Assembly (NCBI GenBank): GCA_028023455.1
Contig: JAQFVV010000001.1
Location: 23,002,001 to 23,066,000 of the forward strand
From: Epiperipatus broadwayi
Lineage: Eukaryota > Animalia > Onychophora
Direction: 5' to 3'
DNA length: 64,000 nt
Position numbers and translations under genes: made by a program. Below, in pieces: positions 1 to 14,670 of this stretch. Under the pieces are notes generated by a model that ran no database searches, had not been told where the DNA came from, and saw only the letters and a list, made by a program, of their open reading frames with translations. Each line of letters opens with the position of its first letter. Position 1 is the stretch's first letter.

Positions 1-249
1 TTTCCAGACACATAGTAGTCTGGTGGCGCCCTCTGTATCAGAATAGATTGAGTATCCGACACAATATATTTGAAGCTTTTGTTTTCTTATACAACTTTTT
101 TACATCTTTCTTAACTCTTTTTAGTACTACTTTATAGAATTTCAGACATTAAGTTCTTTCAAATGAGTCACTTAAATATTTTCATATTTCCCCCTTTATT
201 AAAAATTTATTGTTACTATTTCTTAGCAGAATATCAGTTGGTCATCTTC

Positions 250-2400
250 AAAGTTAATTACTGTTAACATTTAAAATGATTTTCAATTTGAATTTTTTTA
301 AGTATTTCTGAAAATTAGGAATATAAACTTTTGATTCCATCTCTTAATAGCTTTTATCTTTTTAGCTTTGCATTTTCATATATTTTTTATCTCACTAATT
401 AATGATTATTTTCTGTTAATCAATCATAATCCATCCTTGTTATGCTTTCATTTGATCCTATGATTTTTTTCTGCTTTGGATTGTTCTCAAAAATAAAAAA
501 ATTAATTCTTAAGATGAGCATTTTTTTCCTTCAGAAAATTCAGTTGTGTCCACAGTATTTTTATCTTTCAATAATTTTCCAATTTTAGCATTAGAATCTC
601 CTATAACAATTTTAAAATGTTGAATCTGATCAAAAAAATTCTGCATATTTCTTTATTAGAATGAGAATTTGATGGAGTTTAAACACAAATTATCTTCATT
701 TGTATATGCTATTAAGCTGAAAAATTAATTTTTTCTATATGCCATTAATCTCTACATTGTTATATTTTCATCTTTTATTTATAATAAAGTTTGTATCCAC
801 TTTTCAAATCAATTATTTCTTCACATTTTCTTTTAACATATTATAAAATTCATCAATCTTTCAACATCAAATGGTAGCCTAAATCCATAATGAATTGCTC
901 ATGTGCTGTCAAAATTTTATTAGTGGCATTTTTTCATGTCTATAATAGCAAATAAAATATCTCATGTAGTATTTTGTTTTTTCATCTCAACTGGCTGTGT
1001 AAGCAGGTCCAATAATATTTAACTACCACTTTCTGATTTTAATGACTATTGTAAGTTGTAAACATTATTTTGACTATAACTAAGGAGTAGCAGAATTATT
1101 TAAAATTCAATAGCAGAAAAATCTTTTAGATCAATGATAAAAAAATATATATGAAAAAAAAAAAGTATTTTTTTTTTTACATATTTTTAAAATTATCTAT
1201 ACCAAAATAGTAAATGCTATTATATTTCACCCAAAAATACTTTGTTAAATATAACAATATTCCAATTTTAGAATCATTTAAGTAATTTGGTTCCAATTAA
1301 TACATAGTATTTTTATTTTTTTTAGAATCTAGATCTTCATATTTTAAGATTATAAAGACCAGATTTATATTTATTAATTTATTGCACATTTACAAAATGA
1401 ATTGAATTGTTATTTTTGACTTTCTTATCATATGTTTGAGATTTTTCTCATTATTATTGCCACCAATTTACTTCTTGTTATAGTTGTAGAAAACTATTAA
1501 ACATCTTATGGACAAACTGCTTGGTATTTCAAATTGAAAATTATATTTTATTGGTTATTTATTAGATTATGCTTTTATAATTAAGAATGCTCTGAAGTAA
1601 TATGCACTACTTTTTCTTCTGAGTTATTTTTGTTTTTTGTGATGCATCTATATCTATTTCCAAAACTACTTCTTTTAGGTACAGACATAAATTGCATGAT
1701 ATACATTGTATTTTGGTTAATCTTTATATTAAATTTTATTGGCAGTTATTATATATCTATAACTATAATGTAGTTAAATAATATAATGTTATTTTATTTT
1801 TAATTATCATTAGTTTTTATAATTTTCCATTTCTGTTTAATAAAATTCCTGCTATATAAGTCTAAAGCTTTTTTTTTTTTTTTGACTACACACAAAAGTG
1901 ATGATAATCATTGTATTTTAACATCAGCTATAATAAAATTTGACTTCTGGAAAATTTTATTAATATTCCTGAATTTTACATGTGGTTCAAAGCATTCTAG
2001 TAACCTTGATGTTATTTATAGGAATTTCTTTATTTAAAAACAGATTGAGTAACTAGATGATGTAATACTACTACCAAATAGTAATAGTTGATTGTCATCT
2101 CAATTTTTGTATAATTATTATCTAAAAGATGATCAAAATACTCCTTCAACCTGTTAAAAATATCATTGTCATTATGTAGTAGAATGCCAATGCTGGATTT
2201 AATATGATTTTGATACCTTTTTTCATATATATTTTTTTCAGAGCATCAAAAAAAAAAAAAAAAAAGATCTAAATTGATTACAGTCAGCAAATATCTGAAT
2301 TTCCTTTGCAGTTTTAGTCCACCAATCATTTTTAAGCCTTCTTGTTAATTGATGAACTTCTACTTTTAAATCTCCACATTTAATTTATTATTCTGCCAAG
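250..2400 (-). mobile_element. Highly decayed RTE-clade LINE remnant
   Basis: Minus-strand fragments resemble RTE ORF segments: RRLKNDWWTKTAKEIQIFAD (~2280-2370) and IFNRLKEYF (~2140-2170). There are many stops and frameshifts, and the boundaries are approximate. Confidence 0.4.
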
Positions 2401-3949
2401 CAGAAAATGTTATTATAAATAACTATTGAAATACATATATAAGAATGTGATACAATTGTAAATAAAATAAAAGTAATCCATGTTGCTCGGGCAACCAGAT
2501 GGTCTGATGTGCTACTGGTGTTGTTTAATCTAGCTTAATCAGGCTCCATGTGTTGTCAAATAAAAATCTGGATGAGATGATATTGTCTCTATGGTGAAAT
2601 TCCTTCAACCTAGAAATGAATATGTCTTCAGGCTTGGGATGAGGAAGCAGAAAATGTTTATTTCTTTTTACAAATTATTGATAATAAGATCATTGTCAGA
2701 AACCACCATGATTCTTTTTAGTGAACTGAAGAATAGATTTATTTATATTCATAACATATTCTTTAAGGGAATTCCACATCTCAATAATATGACTATCCTG
2801 AAAGTCAAAATTAACAATAGTTGTTGAATTTTAATACTGTAGCGATATATGCGTTTCATGTATATAATTTAAAAAATTTGTTAGGAATTTTTAAATTAAA
2901 GATTTTTCAACATTTTGCTAGATAAAAAGTATATATATAAGTATGTTCACAAACAAAATGTATACAGTCTCATTAAATGTAAATCGATTTAAGTAATTTG
3001 AAACAAAATATTTTATTAATAACAATTACAAAGATATTTTATAATTAGATGGGGGAAATGTTGTTTAGTAAAAATGTCTTTTATTTTGTTATAATCCCTT
3101 TTCAAAGCTAAGTTTTGTAAAGTCTGTAATTGGTCAGTGTACCATGGACCACAATGAAATCTAGGACTATTCTACAACCAATGAATAGATATATGAAATC
3201 AAACCACTATAGAAACTGATAAGACAAAGTAGTAAACTATAAATAGGATCTCTCAGAAGATGGAATTATTATACTTTTGCTTATTATGCTTTGATTCATT
3301 CATTCAGCCTTTATTGATTGTCAGAAGTAATGTTAAAATATTATGACTGTAGAGAAGTCTGCCATTTGCTTCACTCTTGCCAATCCTGTAGAGTATGAAT
3401 TTAGTTCCATCATGAAGTAGAGGAGCCGTAATGTACTAAACAATCATTGCATTGATCATTGTATCCAGATTATATGTAAACTGTATGCTGCCTAACTTCA
3501 AAAGTGTCTATAGTTTTGGCGAAAAGACCAGCCATTATTTAACAAGAGAAACACTGTCAGAGACTTCCCATTGAATAAAATAGAAATGTGTTTTAAGGAA
3601 AACCATGTCAGGCAGCAACAACGATCTTAGAAGCTTCGTAGAATACCAACAAACATAATTATTTTATACCTACTGTACCACAAAAAGTCTACAGCTGCCT
3701 GAATTCAGAACATGAATTGTTAATGATGACAATGGTAATTTTTATGAATTCTAATTATATACTATTATGGCTTTATCTCACTAACATTAAAATATTTAAT
3801 CTCTTAAATATGTATATTTTATTTCCACTGAAATTTTATTATGATTTATGTATGTGTATATATATATTTAGAAGTTAGAATGGCAATGAATTGCTTAATT
3901 TTATTATTCAAGTTTATTAAACCCTACTGACATCTTCCAGATCTTTCTA

Positions 3950-5480
3950 CATTTTCTGTATTTATAGATTTTAATTCTCATATAACCTTTGGCATTATAT
4001 AAATGAGGATTAAGCAGGTTGTCAACTTTTACAATGGATGAATTTAAACATCATGAACTTATTTTACATTCTCAAGCAAGGAGGAGAGACGTTTTATTTA
4101 AGTGGATGGGAACAAGAAGAACTCGTGATTTATATTTTATTTTGACAAAAAAAATAAAATATTCATCATTATCTGCTATATTACTGACATTGCATCATTT
4201 TTTCCATCGCCAACATAAACCAAGTCTTGGAATTCACATTCTACAAAATGAAAGTTATCTTGTTCCATGGTAAAAATAAGAACTAACAGGAAAAAATGCA
4301 TTGAAGAGAATATTAATGTAATCTCTCCAATTCCCTCTTGTTATAATGGGTTTAACAAGCTCATATCAACAGCTTTCAAATAATCCTATCCTCTGAATAT
4401 TGAAAGCAATTGATTTCATGTAGGAATGAAAACAGTAGGATCCTTTACAGTCAGTTTTTTGTCAATCAAAGATCCAGAAATTGGTAACAAGTTTGTAAAA
4501 TCACTGGATAATGTCAAAAAATAAAATTGGAAAGGGTCCATGGAGAAATAAAATTTTACAAATCTAGTTGTAAGATCTGGTTGCTTTTACAAAAGCTTGA
4601 TGAATTTAAAGTACTTCTAAAAGAATTATTAGTATCAAATTGGATTTGGGTCATAAACTTACAATGAAAAAGACCTTCAAGATAAATTAAAACTTAATCT
4701 ATCTTTTTTGATTGTACCTCAGTTTATAATTCTATTTGGAAAAATGATTTTCTAAAAGTTTCACAAATCTTAAATGCAGGAAAACATAGTCATTAATTTA
4801 CTTAACAAAATGTTCTCCAATAAAAAAAATTCAAGTGATATTAAGTGCTAATTGTAATAGATATAACATTTTGCAGAACTGTCTGCCAAAGAGTTATTCT
4901 CTTGCCTATTTTCTTTAATATGTTCAGTCATTTTCCAAAATTAGAATATAGGAAATTCATCTGATGATATTGTTTTGACTTCATAAATGAGATCTCTCCC
5001 TGAAATAAAAAAATTCTCTCAATAAGGATATGGAAAGATTGAAATTTTTTTTCAAAGATGGGAATCATTTCTAATGCAACAAAGACACTATTCTCAATTA
5101 AATAATAGGAAAGCATAATCTGAAAATATCATTTTGCAATAATAAATTCAAATACATTCCTACTTCATACTATTTAGGAGTACCTTGAGTTGTAACTTAT
5201 TTTTCTTAGTTATCTAAGATTAGATCAAAATTAATTTCTAAATATAACTTTTTTGAAAAGCTGGCTACATTATAATGCAAGTACTCTAAAACTGTTGCTA
5301 TGGTCCTGTTTGGAGAAAAATTACCAAACTAAACTTTTAAACACTCAATTAAATTTTATTATGAGAATTATTACCGACACATTGGCTTTTGTTCTTTCAC
5401 ATATTCCTTCAGCAGATATTAAAAGTTGTCTCACAGAAAATGTATAAAAAAAGTGTTAAATAATTCCGAGTTGCTAATAA
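3950..5480 (+). mobile_element. Decayed Ingi/Vingi-like non-LTR retrotransposon (endonuclease + RT + C-terminal fragments)
   Basis: ORF 4019-4273 contains FFHRQHKPSL (cf. FPRSQHRPSL of the APE endonuclease). tcatctgatgatattgttttg at ~4951 resembles YADDIVL. ORF 5253-5447 (NASTLK...TKLLNTQLNFIMRIITDTL...VLSHIPSADI) matches the post-RT motif of this clade. Clade assignment is from recall, not a search. Confidence 0.55.
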
Positions 5481-8400
5481 CTAGAGACATAGTTTGGTGA
5501 CATAAGATTAGTTCTCAATGATCTGTTTTTAGATATTCAATCAAGCATCTACAATTGTAGAATTATGGCATAAAAAAATGAAATTTTTATGATATTTCAA
5601 ACAAATTTCTTATTTCGGATTCAAACAAGAAAGTCAGCTGGATTTAATCTTTTTTATGCAACTAGAGTGTCATCAACATGTTAAGAACAATCTATGGTCA
5701 TTGCATTCATCTGTTTCATAGATGAAATTTACCACCCGTGATTTATCAATGACCGTCAAATCTATGACTGCATTGGCTAAATTAGACTTAATAAATTTAA
5801 TGATTCTATTTCTTGGATAAAATTTCTAGATTCCTTTATGATATTAATAATAGTTAAGCTGTTTAAATAAATAAAATCTATATACTAAATAAATAAATAC
5901 TGCTAATATTTCATTAGATTCTGTAGCAGTTTCATTTTTAAGATTATGAAGAGCTATTTTAATTTTACTAAGCTGAATATATTTGTCCAAATAAAAGTCA
6001 TTAGAACCTATAAATATGATCCATTTTTGATTATAGCTATCATTTTCACCAGGGAATATGATTGTCTGTTGGTCTGTCCTTTAATCTGCACTGTAAGTGG
6101 TCATGTATAATGAATGTATCATTTTAAAAAACATCATCTCAATTTTGCATTATTGTTGATAAACTGATGAAACTATTCTCATCATTTGTTTGATTTTTAT
6201 TTTTATTTAAAGTCCATCTGTTAATTTCAATGTATCCAAAAAACGATCTTAAATGTTTATGATCCTCTGTATTTGCTTTGTGGCTTTGATTCATCAATTA
6301 TTCTTATACAAAGCAGAAAATATCTCATGTTTCTTTTTAATCAAGTGATTAATAATAAAAACAATCAGGGGCCCTTTTTAGTTAATTGAAAAATTTTTTT
6401 TTTTGGAATCCAACATACTTTCTAACTTCATCCTTCAGTAACATGACAATTTTTCAAGTCCAAATTAAAAATTTTAGTCTTTAATAAATGTTGAAACTCA
6501 GCATGAATAGTAAGTGCTTTTATAGAATGAACAACCAAATTTCTTATATATATGATTATAATGAAATCTATTATTACTGAAACACAGTAGTTAATGATCT
6601 GTCGAACATTCTATACTTATGAGAACAAATGTAATATGATTTTTTTTATAATCTGACTCATAATTATAATAATGTAGATCAGAACTTATTTGACCTACCA
6701 TCTTTTCAGAAAAAAAAACTTGGTGTCTTTTTTAAGTGTATAAAGATGCAATGACAAATTTACATAAAATGTATTTATATTTTTACCTACATTCTATACC
6801 ATTGTGAAGAAAGATATTGTTAATAAGATACCTTGAAGCATGAAATTATAAAATTGTTTTTTAAAATCAAATATAATAACATTAGAGAAAATTAAGATAA
6901 AAAATAATATTAAAATAAAATCACAAAGAACATTAAAAATAATTCTAATGAGAAGGATGAATCTTCAGTCTACTATCAATTTATTAATGTTCAACTCTAT
7001 TTTTGACAGCAACATTTCTTAAACCATTGCAATTGTTTATTTGCAGTCAGTTTATTTTTTTAATTAACAGATTTGTTACCACATTGAACCCATGTGCCAC
7101 TAAATATGGCAACGGAAATGTAATTAAAAACTTTTGTATCATAACCCACAATCCAGGTTAAAATGTAGGTATCTATCTCTTTTTTAGTTATATTTAAATT
7201 TCACTTTCTCATTTGTTGTTACTTACGTTAATTCTTATAATTTTGGAAACTATGTTTGTATTTGAAAAAGGGTCTAAAACTCCCTTAGACATGTTCATTT
7301 TAAGAATATCTTCAAATTATTTATTGAAATCAGAATGGAGAGCCTCTAAATGCAGACAATAGAATAGACACATCTTCTTTATGTGCATCTCCTAAAATTG
7401 GAAACTGACTGAATACTTCTCATTCAAAATTTCATTTGTCACAAATGCAAAAATAATAGTTTTTGTTTTGATTAAATTCAGTTTGTCTCCTTGGAATCAC
7501 AGATTTGTTTCATTAATTTTTTTTTATGAAATAAGTCTGTCAAATAAGACCAATTCAACAGGTACCATTTCATAGCCAATGAGCTGTATGAAATAGGCAA
7601 TTAAATTTTTCATCATTGTCAAACAAAGTTGTCTAACAATTTCTCATTTAATAAATTGCTTTTAGTTGTGTTGATTGCTTTAATGACATAATATAATGAC
7701 TTACATAGGGTTTATTCACATTTTTTAGATTTTTAGCAACTAAATATGGACATTAAATGATTCACTATATAAAAATATATTCAGTAATCCTTTTTTTAAA
7801 TATGAGAATCCCCTATAACACCCTATCATCACTAAAGCAACAGCAGTAGCAACTGACAAGATATTAACTCAGAAGGATTTCTTATTCCTTAAAAAATTTC
7901 TAATATATGTTATTGATTCTTATATAAATCAGTTTATATATTTTTAAAAAATAATAATTCTTGGCAAATTTTCATTTTTTATGAATCACAAGCATACTGA
8001 AAACAAGTCTTTGTTTCCTGCAAAGTTATCTCATCAAGCTATAGAGAGAAGTAGGATGATTTTAAACACAATGAATCCTAATCATTTTGAACCATTTCGT
8101 AAATTCTTCTTTGCACTGCATTATTGGTTAAAATTTTTTTTTAATAATCTGATGCTGGCTTGTGTATTACCATAGTTTTGTATTACATCACTTATAGCCA
8201 GTAGAATTATTTTTTCACCAATACTATGTGATTTTTCCTGTTTAGTAATCTACAATGAATTATTGTAAAAAGCACACAATCCATCATCATCTTGTTTTGA
8301 TGCTATTAAAAAGAATTTTGCGAATATCAATTGTCTTAATTTTTTTATTATCAAATATTCACAGTCCATTTGCTAAAATGTTTTGCCACATCAGTATTGT

Positions 8401-9680
8401 GTTATTTGTAGGCAATTGAATAAAAGCCATGGCTCAAATATTCAATGTTGTATTAACTATATGATATTATTTATATATATATAAAAAGTAAAATTTGTGT
8501 GTTTATTGTAATAGAAATATAAAATTATCAAGAGATGTCATCAATTTATATAATTGAAAAAGGGCAATTTTTTTCACTAGAATCAAAATTTTTTGCAGTA
8601 GTTGGGTTATTAGAATAGCCCCACAACATCTGTTCTTCAGTAATTTAAATGTAAAATGGCAAAAAACAGACATCAGCTTAAATATATGTTATTGGTATTA
8701 AATTGTTAAATATTCAAATTAAATTTATTAAGAAATAATTAGTTTTTTAAAAAATACATCAATGATGTAATTAAAAATCAATTAATAGTTTTAATTTAGT
8801 TTGCCCTTTTCCTTATTCATATATTCCTTATTTAGCAATTAATAGGATTATTTGATGGAATATAAATAGATACTAATAGTAACAGTTTTTTTTTATAATT
8901 TCATTTGTAAGAAAACAAAATCAGCATCATCATCAGGTAGTCATAAATGAGTATGACTATTCCAACTCCAAGAAAAAATGAAAATATATTGATTGTACAA
9001 GTCAGCTATGATTTTACAAATGTATTATAGATATATTAGAAAATTTATAAAAATACATGTAATCCACAATCAATAAAGATCAAATGTATTAAGTATGAAT
9101 TAAAATTTTTAAATATTTATTGCACTTCCATTATTATTAACTAGGTACAGATATACTCAGCAGCTATCTACAATCAATGCTCTCTTTGTTTCTTTAAAAC
9201 ACAGCATCCATGTCATGAAAAATAATTCTTGGATAACTAATCGATAAGTTGAAGATTCAACATCCTTTACATATTTAAAATTATAGGTTCATAAATAGTT
9301 AAAAAATACGTAATAGAAAACTAAAAGATAAAAAAGAAACATTTTCCCATCCCTGCCTTTTATGATAAATTATTTTTTTTATATATTAATTTAAAAATAA
9401 ACTTTGTATTCTTCATTGATATTTTTAAATTTTGTGTTCTTCATTGATATTGTTGAAAATGTTTTGATTTGAAAAATAAATATAACATTACAATTGGAGA
9501 ATTGTTCTTTTAATTAGTCTTTTTTATAATTTTTTTAAAAAAATTTAAAAGAACCTTATGATTTTTATTTACACCTTGAATCATCTATAATGGAGAAAGA
9601 AAGCCGGGGGGGGGGGGATTTAGAGTGATTTTGCATTGTCCATCCATGCTGCCAAATTATTCTGTCCATATGGTGTAGTG

Positions 9681-10362
9681 CAGGGGTCCCCAACCTTTTT
9701 GCACTTAAGAGCACATCCTACAATACTGGCCAGGTGGCGGGCACTATTTATTTTTTCAACCAGGTGATGGGCACCATTTATTGTTTCAATGTAAATTTAT
9801 AGTTGGATATTGTTAATAATACACATAATGTACAAAAAAAATATTTATTTCAAAAATAAAATTTTAACATATAATTAATGTTTATATTTTTACGCTGTAA
9901 ACGTATAGTATGCCCTACAATTTGATTACAATATAATACAATGGCAAATTTGAAAAATTTTCCTACCCATATTTGCATATTTAATCTGTCCTATTTTGCA
10001 TATTTGCACTTCGTGAAAATGAAGAAATACTGTACTTCTTGAAAATGAAGATTATACCTTTGAAAGCACTAGAAAAAATCAATAAAAGTTTGTTATTTAT
10101 TTATTTGATTTTAGTTATCTATATATAGCTGAATTATATATGCGTGTGCATTTTTAATATTAACACAAATATTAAGTTATTACAAATATATTCTAACACA
10201 CGGTTTGATGTTATATCTTACAATAATTTATAAGAAATTTTAAAAATTAAATTTATCTGTATCAGATAAATAATTTTTTATCGTGTTTGGATAGCGGCAG
10301 GCACACATAATATGGTCTGCGGGCGCCATAGTGCCCGTGGGCATAGGGTTGGGGGACCCCTG
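9681..10362. mobile_element. Non-autonomous hAT DNA transposon (MITE), 682 bp
   Basis: TIRs are CAGGGGTCCCCAACC (9681) and GGTTGGGGGACCCCTG (ending 10362). There is a perfect 8-bp TSD, GTGTAGTG, at 9673-9680 and 10363-10370. No transposase ORF. Confidence 0.9.
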
Positions 10363-10564
10363 GTGTAGTGATTTCTTTTTTTTATTCTTGTAAAATAAAA
10401 AAGAAACAAGGAATCCAAAGAAGTAAGAAAGAAATTGCATTTTAGTCTTTTTTTGTATTAATTTGTTGTAGTTGTTATTGTTTTAAAGCCAGCCAATTTA
10501 ATTTTATTTGGATTATTTGTTTTATTGAATATAGCTGACAAGTAATTATTGATTTCCTAGAGGT

Positions 10565-12615
10565 CTACAAATTGACCATATTTCACTATCCTCCACACAT
10601 ATGTTTTAAAAAGCAAATATAAAAGAAATTTAAAAATTTTAAAGACAAAATTCCAAACCAATTTGTTAATCATAAAAAGTTATTTGAAATTCTCTATATC
10701 AATTAATTTTGTAAGTCAATATTGGTAAGTAGTATTGTGAGAAATCAAAATCAATCTTAAAATCTTATAATTAACCATATCCCTCCCTCTCACACCTTCA
10801 CTCCTGCTTTCTCAGCCAAATAAATTAAAAAGACAATTAATACTAGAGAAAGAAAAAAAACCTACCAATGAAAAGTAAGAAAAGGTTTTAGATTACAAAT
10901 TTATTACTACAATAAATGAATATAGCTGATAAGCAGGGACGAAGCATCCATGTATTGTAAGGAATGAGTGCTTCTGTAGAAAAATTCACTAAAACTTTCA
11001 AAAGCATAATTAAAATTCAATTTAAAAAATTCACATTCAATTTTTTTACCAACAGTTGAATTGTTTTTATATATGCATAAGAAGTTCAAACAGTGCTAAG
11101 ATCTAATTTACAGTTAAAACTTTTAAGAATGTTAAAAGGATTTGGAAGATAAAAGTATATTGATAATGTATTATCTATATTTAAACTAATCACAATTATT
11201 AGAATGAGCAATTCAAATTTATTATTTTTTGTCTGGAATTACTATTGACTTTCAATTTTTATTTTACCAACAGTTGAATTGTTTTTATATATGCAAAGAA
11301 TGAATTTTGATTAGCACATTCTTGGTCATTCTCAGTTGATTATAAGAAGTTCAAACAATGCTAAGAACTAATTTACAGTTACAACTTTTAAAAATGTTAA
11401 AAGAATTTTGAAGATAAAAATATATTTGTATTGTATTATCTATATTTAAACTAATCACAGTCTGATTAGAATGAGCAATTCCAATCATTATTTTTTGTAT
11501 GGAATTACTGTTGATTTTCAATTTTTTTTTTTTTTTTTTATGAAAGTTGAATTGTTTTTATATATGCAAAGAATGAATTTGACTAGCACATTCTTGGTTG
11601 ATTATAAGAAGTTCAAACAATGCTAAGATCTAATATAAAGTTAAAGGATTTTGAAGATAATATATTATCTATATTTAAACTAATCACAGTCTGATTAGAA
11701 TGAGCAATTCAAATTCATTATTTTTTGTATGGAATTACTGTTGACTTTCAATTTTTTTTACCAACAGTTGAATTGTTTTTATATACGCAAAGAATGAATT
11801 TGATTAACACATTCTCAGTTGATTATAAGAAGTTCATCATTGCTAAGATCTAATTTACAGTTAAAACTTAAGAATGTTAAAAGGATTTGGAAGATAAAAA
11901 TATATTGATAATGTATTATCTATATTTAAACTAATCACATTCTGATTAGAATGAGCAATTCAAATTCATTATTGTATGGATTTACTGAATGAAGTTGACT
12001 AATGCATTCTCAGTTGATTATAAGAAGTTCAAACAATGGTAAGATCTAATTTATAATTAAAACTTTTAAGAATGTTAAAAGGATTTGGAAGATAAAAATA
12101 TATTGATAATATATTTTCTGATTTACAGATAAGAGAGTTTCAGATTTTTTCTAGATGTGTATATATATTAAGTGCTATTATGTAAAAAAAAATTGTGGCA
12201 AGTGAAATAAAAATATATAAAAAAGTATGTAAAGTCAGGCTTCCTTACTGCTGATAAGTAATTTTTTTTTTAAAAAAAAAAATTGACAATACTTCTACAA
12301 TTGACTGTATTTCTCTATCCCTCACTCTCACTTTTTAAAAAGCAAATAAAGAAATTTAAAATTAAAGACAAAATTTCAAACCAATTTATCAATTACAAAT
12401 AAGATATTTGAAATAATCTACATTTAATTTTGTAAGTTAATGTTAGGTAGGGGAGTATTATGAGAAATCAAAGTTACTTTGAAAACTTACAATTGATTGT
12501 ATCCCCCCCCCCCTTTCTTCTTTTCTCAAAATCAAATAAATTGAAAAGACAATACTACCAAAAAAAAAAAAAGAGAGACTTGTCAATAAAATGTAAGAAG
12601 AGGTTTTAGATTACA
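10565..12615. repeat. Pair of diverged ~330-bp direct repeats (10565-10897 and 12295-12615)
   Basis: Colinear shared blocks include ctacaa(a)ttgac, aaaagcaaata..agaaattta, aaagacaaaatt.caaaccaattt, ttaattttgtaagt, gagaaatcaaa and aggttttagattaca. Confidence 0.75.
11030..12120. repeat. Satellite-like tandem array, ~4.5 units of ~220-270 bp
   Basis: The marker ccaacagttgaattgtttttatata or a variant occurs at ~11049, 11267, 11540 and 11761, with a partial unit at ~11990. Units share aagaagttcaaaca..gctaagatctaat and ttagaatgagcaattc. Confidence 0.9.
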
Positions 12616-12849
12616 TATTGAATTTATAAATTATGTATCGGTGTAGTATTTTTTGCTAAACTTTTTTCAAATCCAAAAAGTCTTCAGTTGATCCATTAGT
12701 CATCCCAGTATTTTTTCATGATGTCAAAGCAATATTTAAAGATTTAGCTAAAGAGAAAATTAAATGTAGATAGCCAAGTGTAAATAGCCAAGTACATCGG
12801 TACTGTTAACTGCTTGTCACATAATTCAGAAACAATCTAAATTAGATAT

Positions 12850-13400
12850 CTATATTGCCATTACAGACATTCCTGCTGATGCATGCTGGATTCATGCCAA
12901 TGCATAATACACTCATCCACTAATACTTGCTTGTTAAGACCTGTTGACAGACTTGACGATTTATTAGCTTGCATTTTGTGTGTTTATTTGGAAAACAAAA
13001 TAATCATTATGATTTAATTCTTTGTTGCATAACACATGAAACACAAATGAATTTTCAATTTTTTTTTTATGCTTCCATTACCTCTTTATTTTTATTCATT
13101 ACTCCTTATTCCAACCAGGCTACTACCACTCCTCTGTATCACTCCAGCGCCCTTCACATGTAATCACGTAATATCGTCCACTTTGGGAAGCATTAATGTG
13201 AACTATTAGTTGCCATTGTTTTTGAGTATGAATATATTCAACTTCTTTATAATGATTTTTCTGCCTAAATAAAATATTTGTGATAAACAATTTATGTTTT
13301 TTGCAACCATTTAATAACAGTTGATCATTTAAATTTTCAATACCAATGTCATTATTCAAGCTCTTTAGGGCTAAAATTTACTTTTCCTACCAACATATAC
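12850..13400 (-). mobile_element. Decayed RTE-type endonuclease fragment (different family from the 19.3-kb copy)
   Basis: ORF 13123-13359 reads LFITNILFRQKNHYK...HTQKQWQLIVHI...WSD, resembling the APE motifs ITNT.F..K..HK.TW.HP..K.W..ID.I and SDH. Confidence 0.55.
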
Positions 13401-13867
13401 ATTAAAATTTTAAAGAAGAAAAAAATTGATCTTTTATTGACATACTAATATTATCCAACAAGGAATAAAAGCTTTTTTTTTTTTTAACTAATCATTTATA
13501 AAATTAACTCTAGTAAGTACTATTGTGCTAATCATGTTTTAATACCATTAGTCTTTCTGAATTTCAAGAATAAAAAATAATGAATAAGCTTGACAGTAAA
13601 TCCAACATCATGCAGTCTCTTTTGATTTAATAATCTGTTGTTTTTTTTTAAAAAAATCTTTTAGCTATCTACCTTTTCAGTTAATTTTTTTTTCCTCTGG
13701 AAAATGAGTTTCATTGACAACAACTATATTCATAATATATACTGAAAATTTCTTAGCTACAAGTACCGTCCTCTTTTCAGGATATGAAGAGTTTGCATCA
13801 AATAAAATTTGCACAGTTCATGTACCTATATTAAAAAATAAAATTGTAAATAATTTTGTTACGACTT

Positions 13868-14670
13868 TTAATCTGATCAAAAGTATTTGTAGTTGTTAAC
13901 TTTTTTTAACTCATCATTATCAATCTGTATTTTCTTCTTTTGAGAAAATCCATTGAACTTTACTTTAGTCTTTTTAACATTTATCTTTATTTATTCTTAC
14001 TTTCATCTGATAACTCTTGCAATATTTTTTGAAGCTCTAAAGTATTATTCGCAAAAACAATTACATCATCTACAAAATCTAGATGACTTAAATAATCTCC
14101 ATTTATTTTTACTTCCTTAGCTTCAACTTTTAAATCACAAAATAGAGCTGCTATAAAAAGTTTTGGAGATTTGGAGTCATCCTGTTGTACAGATTGAAAC
14201 CAAATATTAAAAGGAAATATGCCTATGTGTTTGAAAAAGAAATTTTTAATAAATGTGTTTTACCAGTTTTTATTCATGAATCTGAAACTTGGATAGTTAA
14301 CAGAAGAGCAATATAGACCAGACCATTCAACAAAGTATGGAAAGCTGCATGTTAGGAGTAACAAGAAGAGATCAAAAACAAAATACATGAGTGAAAGGAC
14401 AAACAGGTGTTCCTAGCATCATTGAAAGAATTAAGAGACTGATGTGGAGTTGGGCTGATCTATTCCTAGAAGAGATGATAATAGATGTACAGTTGAAATC
14501 TTAAAAGATTGTAGAAGATCTAGAAAGACACCACATGTGAGATGGATGAATGAAATAATGACGTTTGCTGGGATGACATGGAGAAGAGAGGCTAGAGATC
14601 AGAGAAGATGGATTGAACTTGGAGAGAACTTTATCCTGCAGTAGATCAATAATTGTTGAAAATGATGATG
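13868..14670. mobile_element. 5'-truncated RTE copy with an inverted 5' segment
   Basis: 13868-14200 is the reverse complement of the RT region of the 19.3-22.1-kb element (..SPKLFIAAL..NGDYLSHLDFVDD..). 14207-14670 is direct and matches 21682 to the 3' end. Confidence 0.8.

Noticed and set aside
22-39. CTCF-like motif (reverse complement CAGAGGGCGC)
   Set aside because: Only the 3' part of the consensus matches, it is a single instance at the window edge, and such motifs are common in transposon ends.
11030-12120. Repeat array as a CRISPR
   Set aside because: The units are long and contiguous with no unique spacers, there are no cas genes, and the context is eukaryotic.
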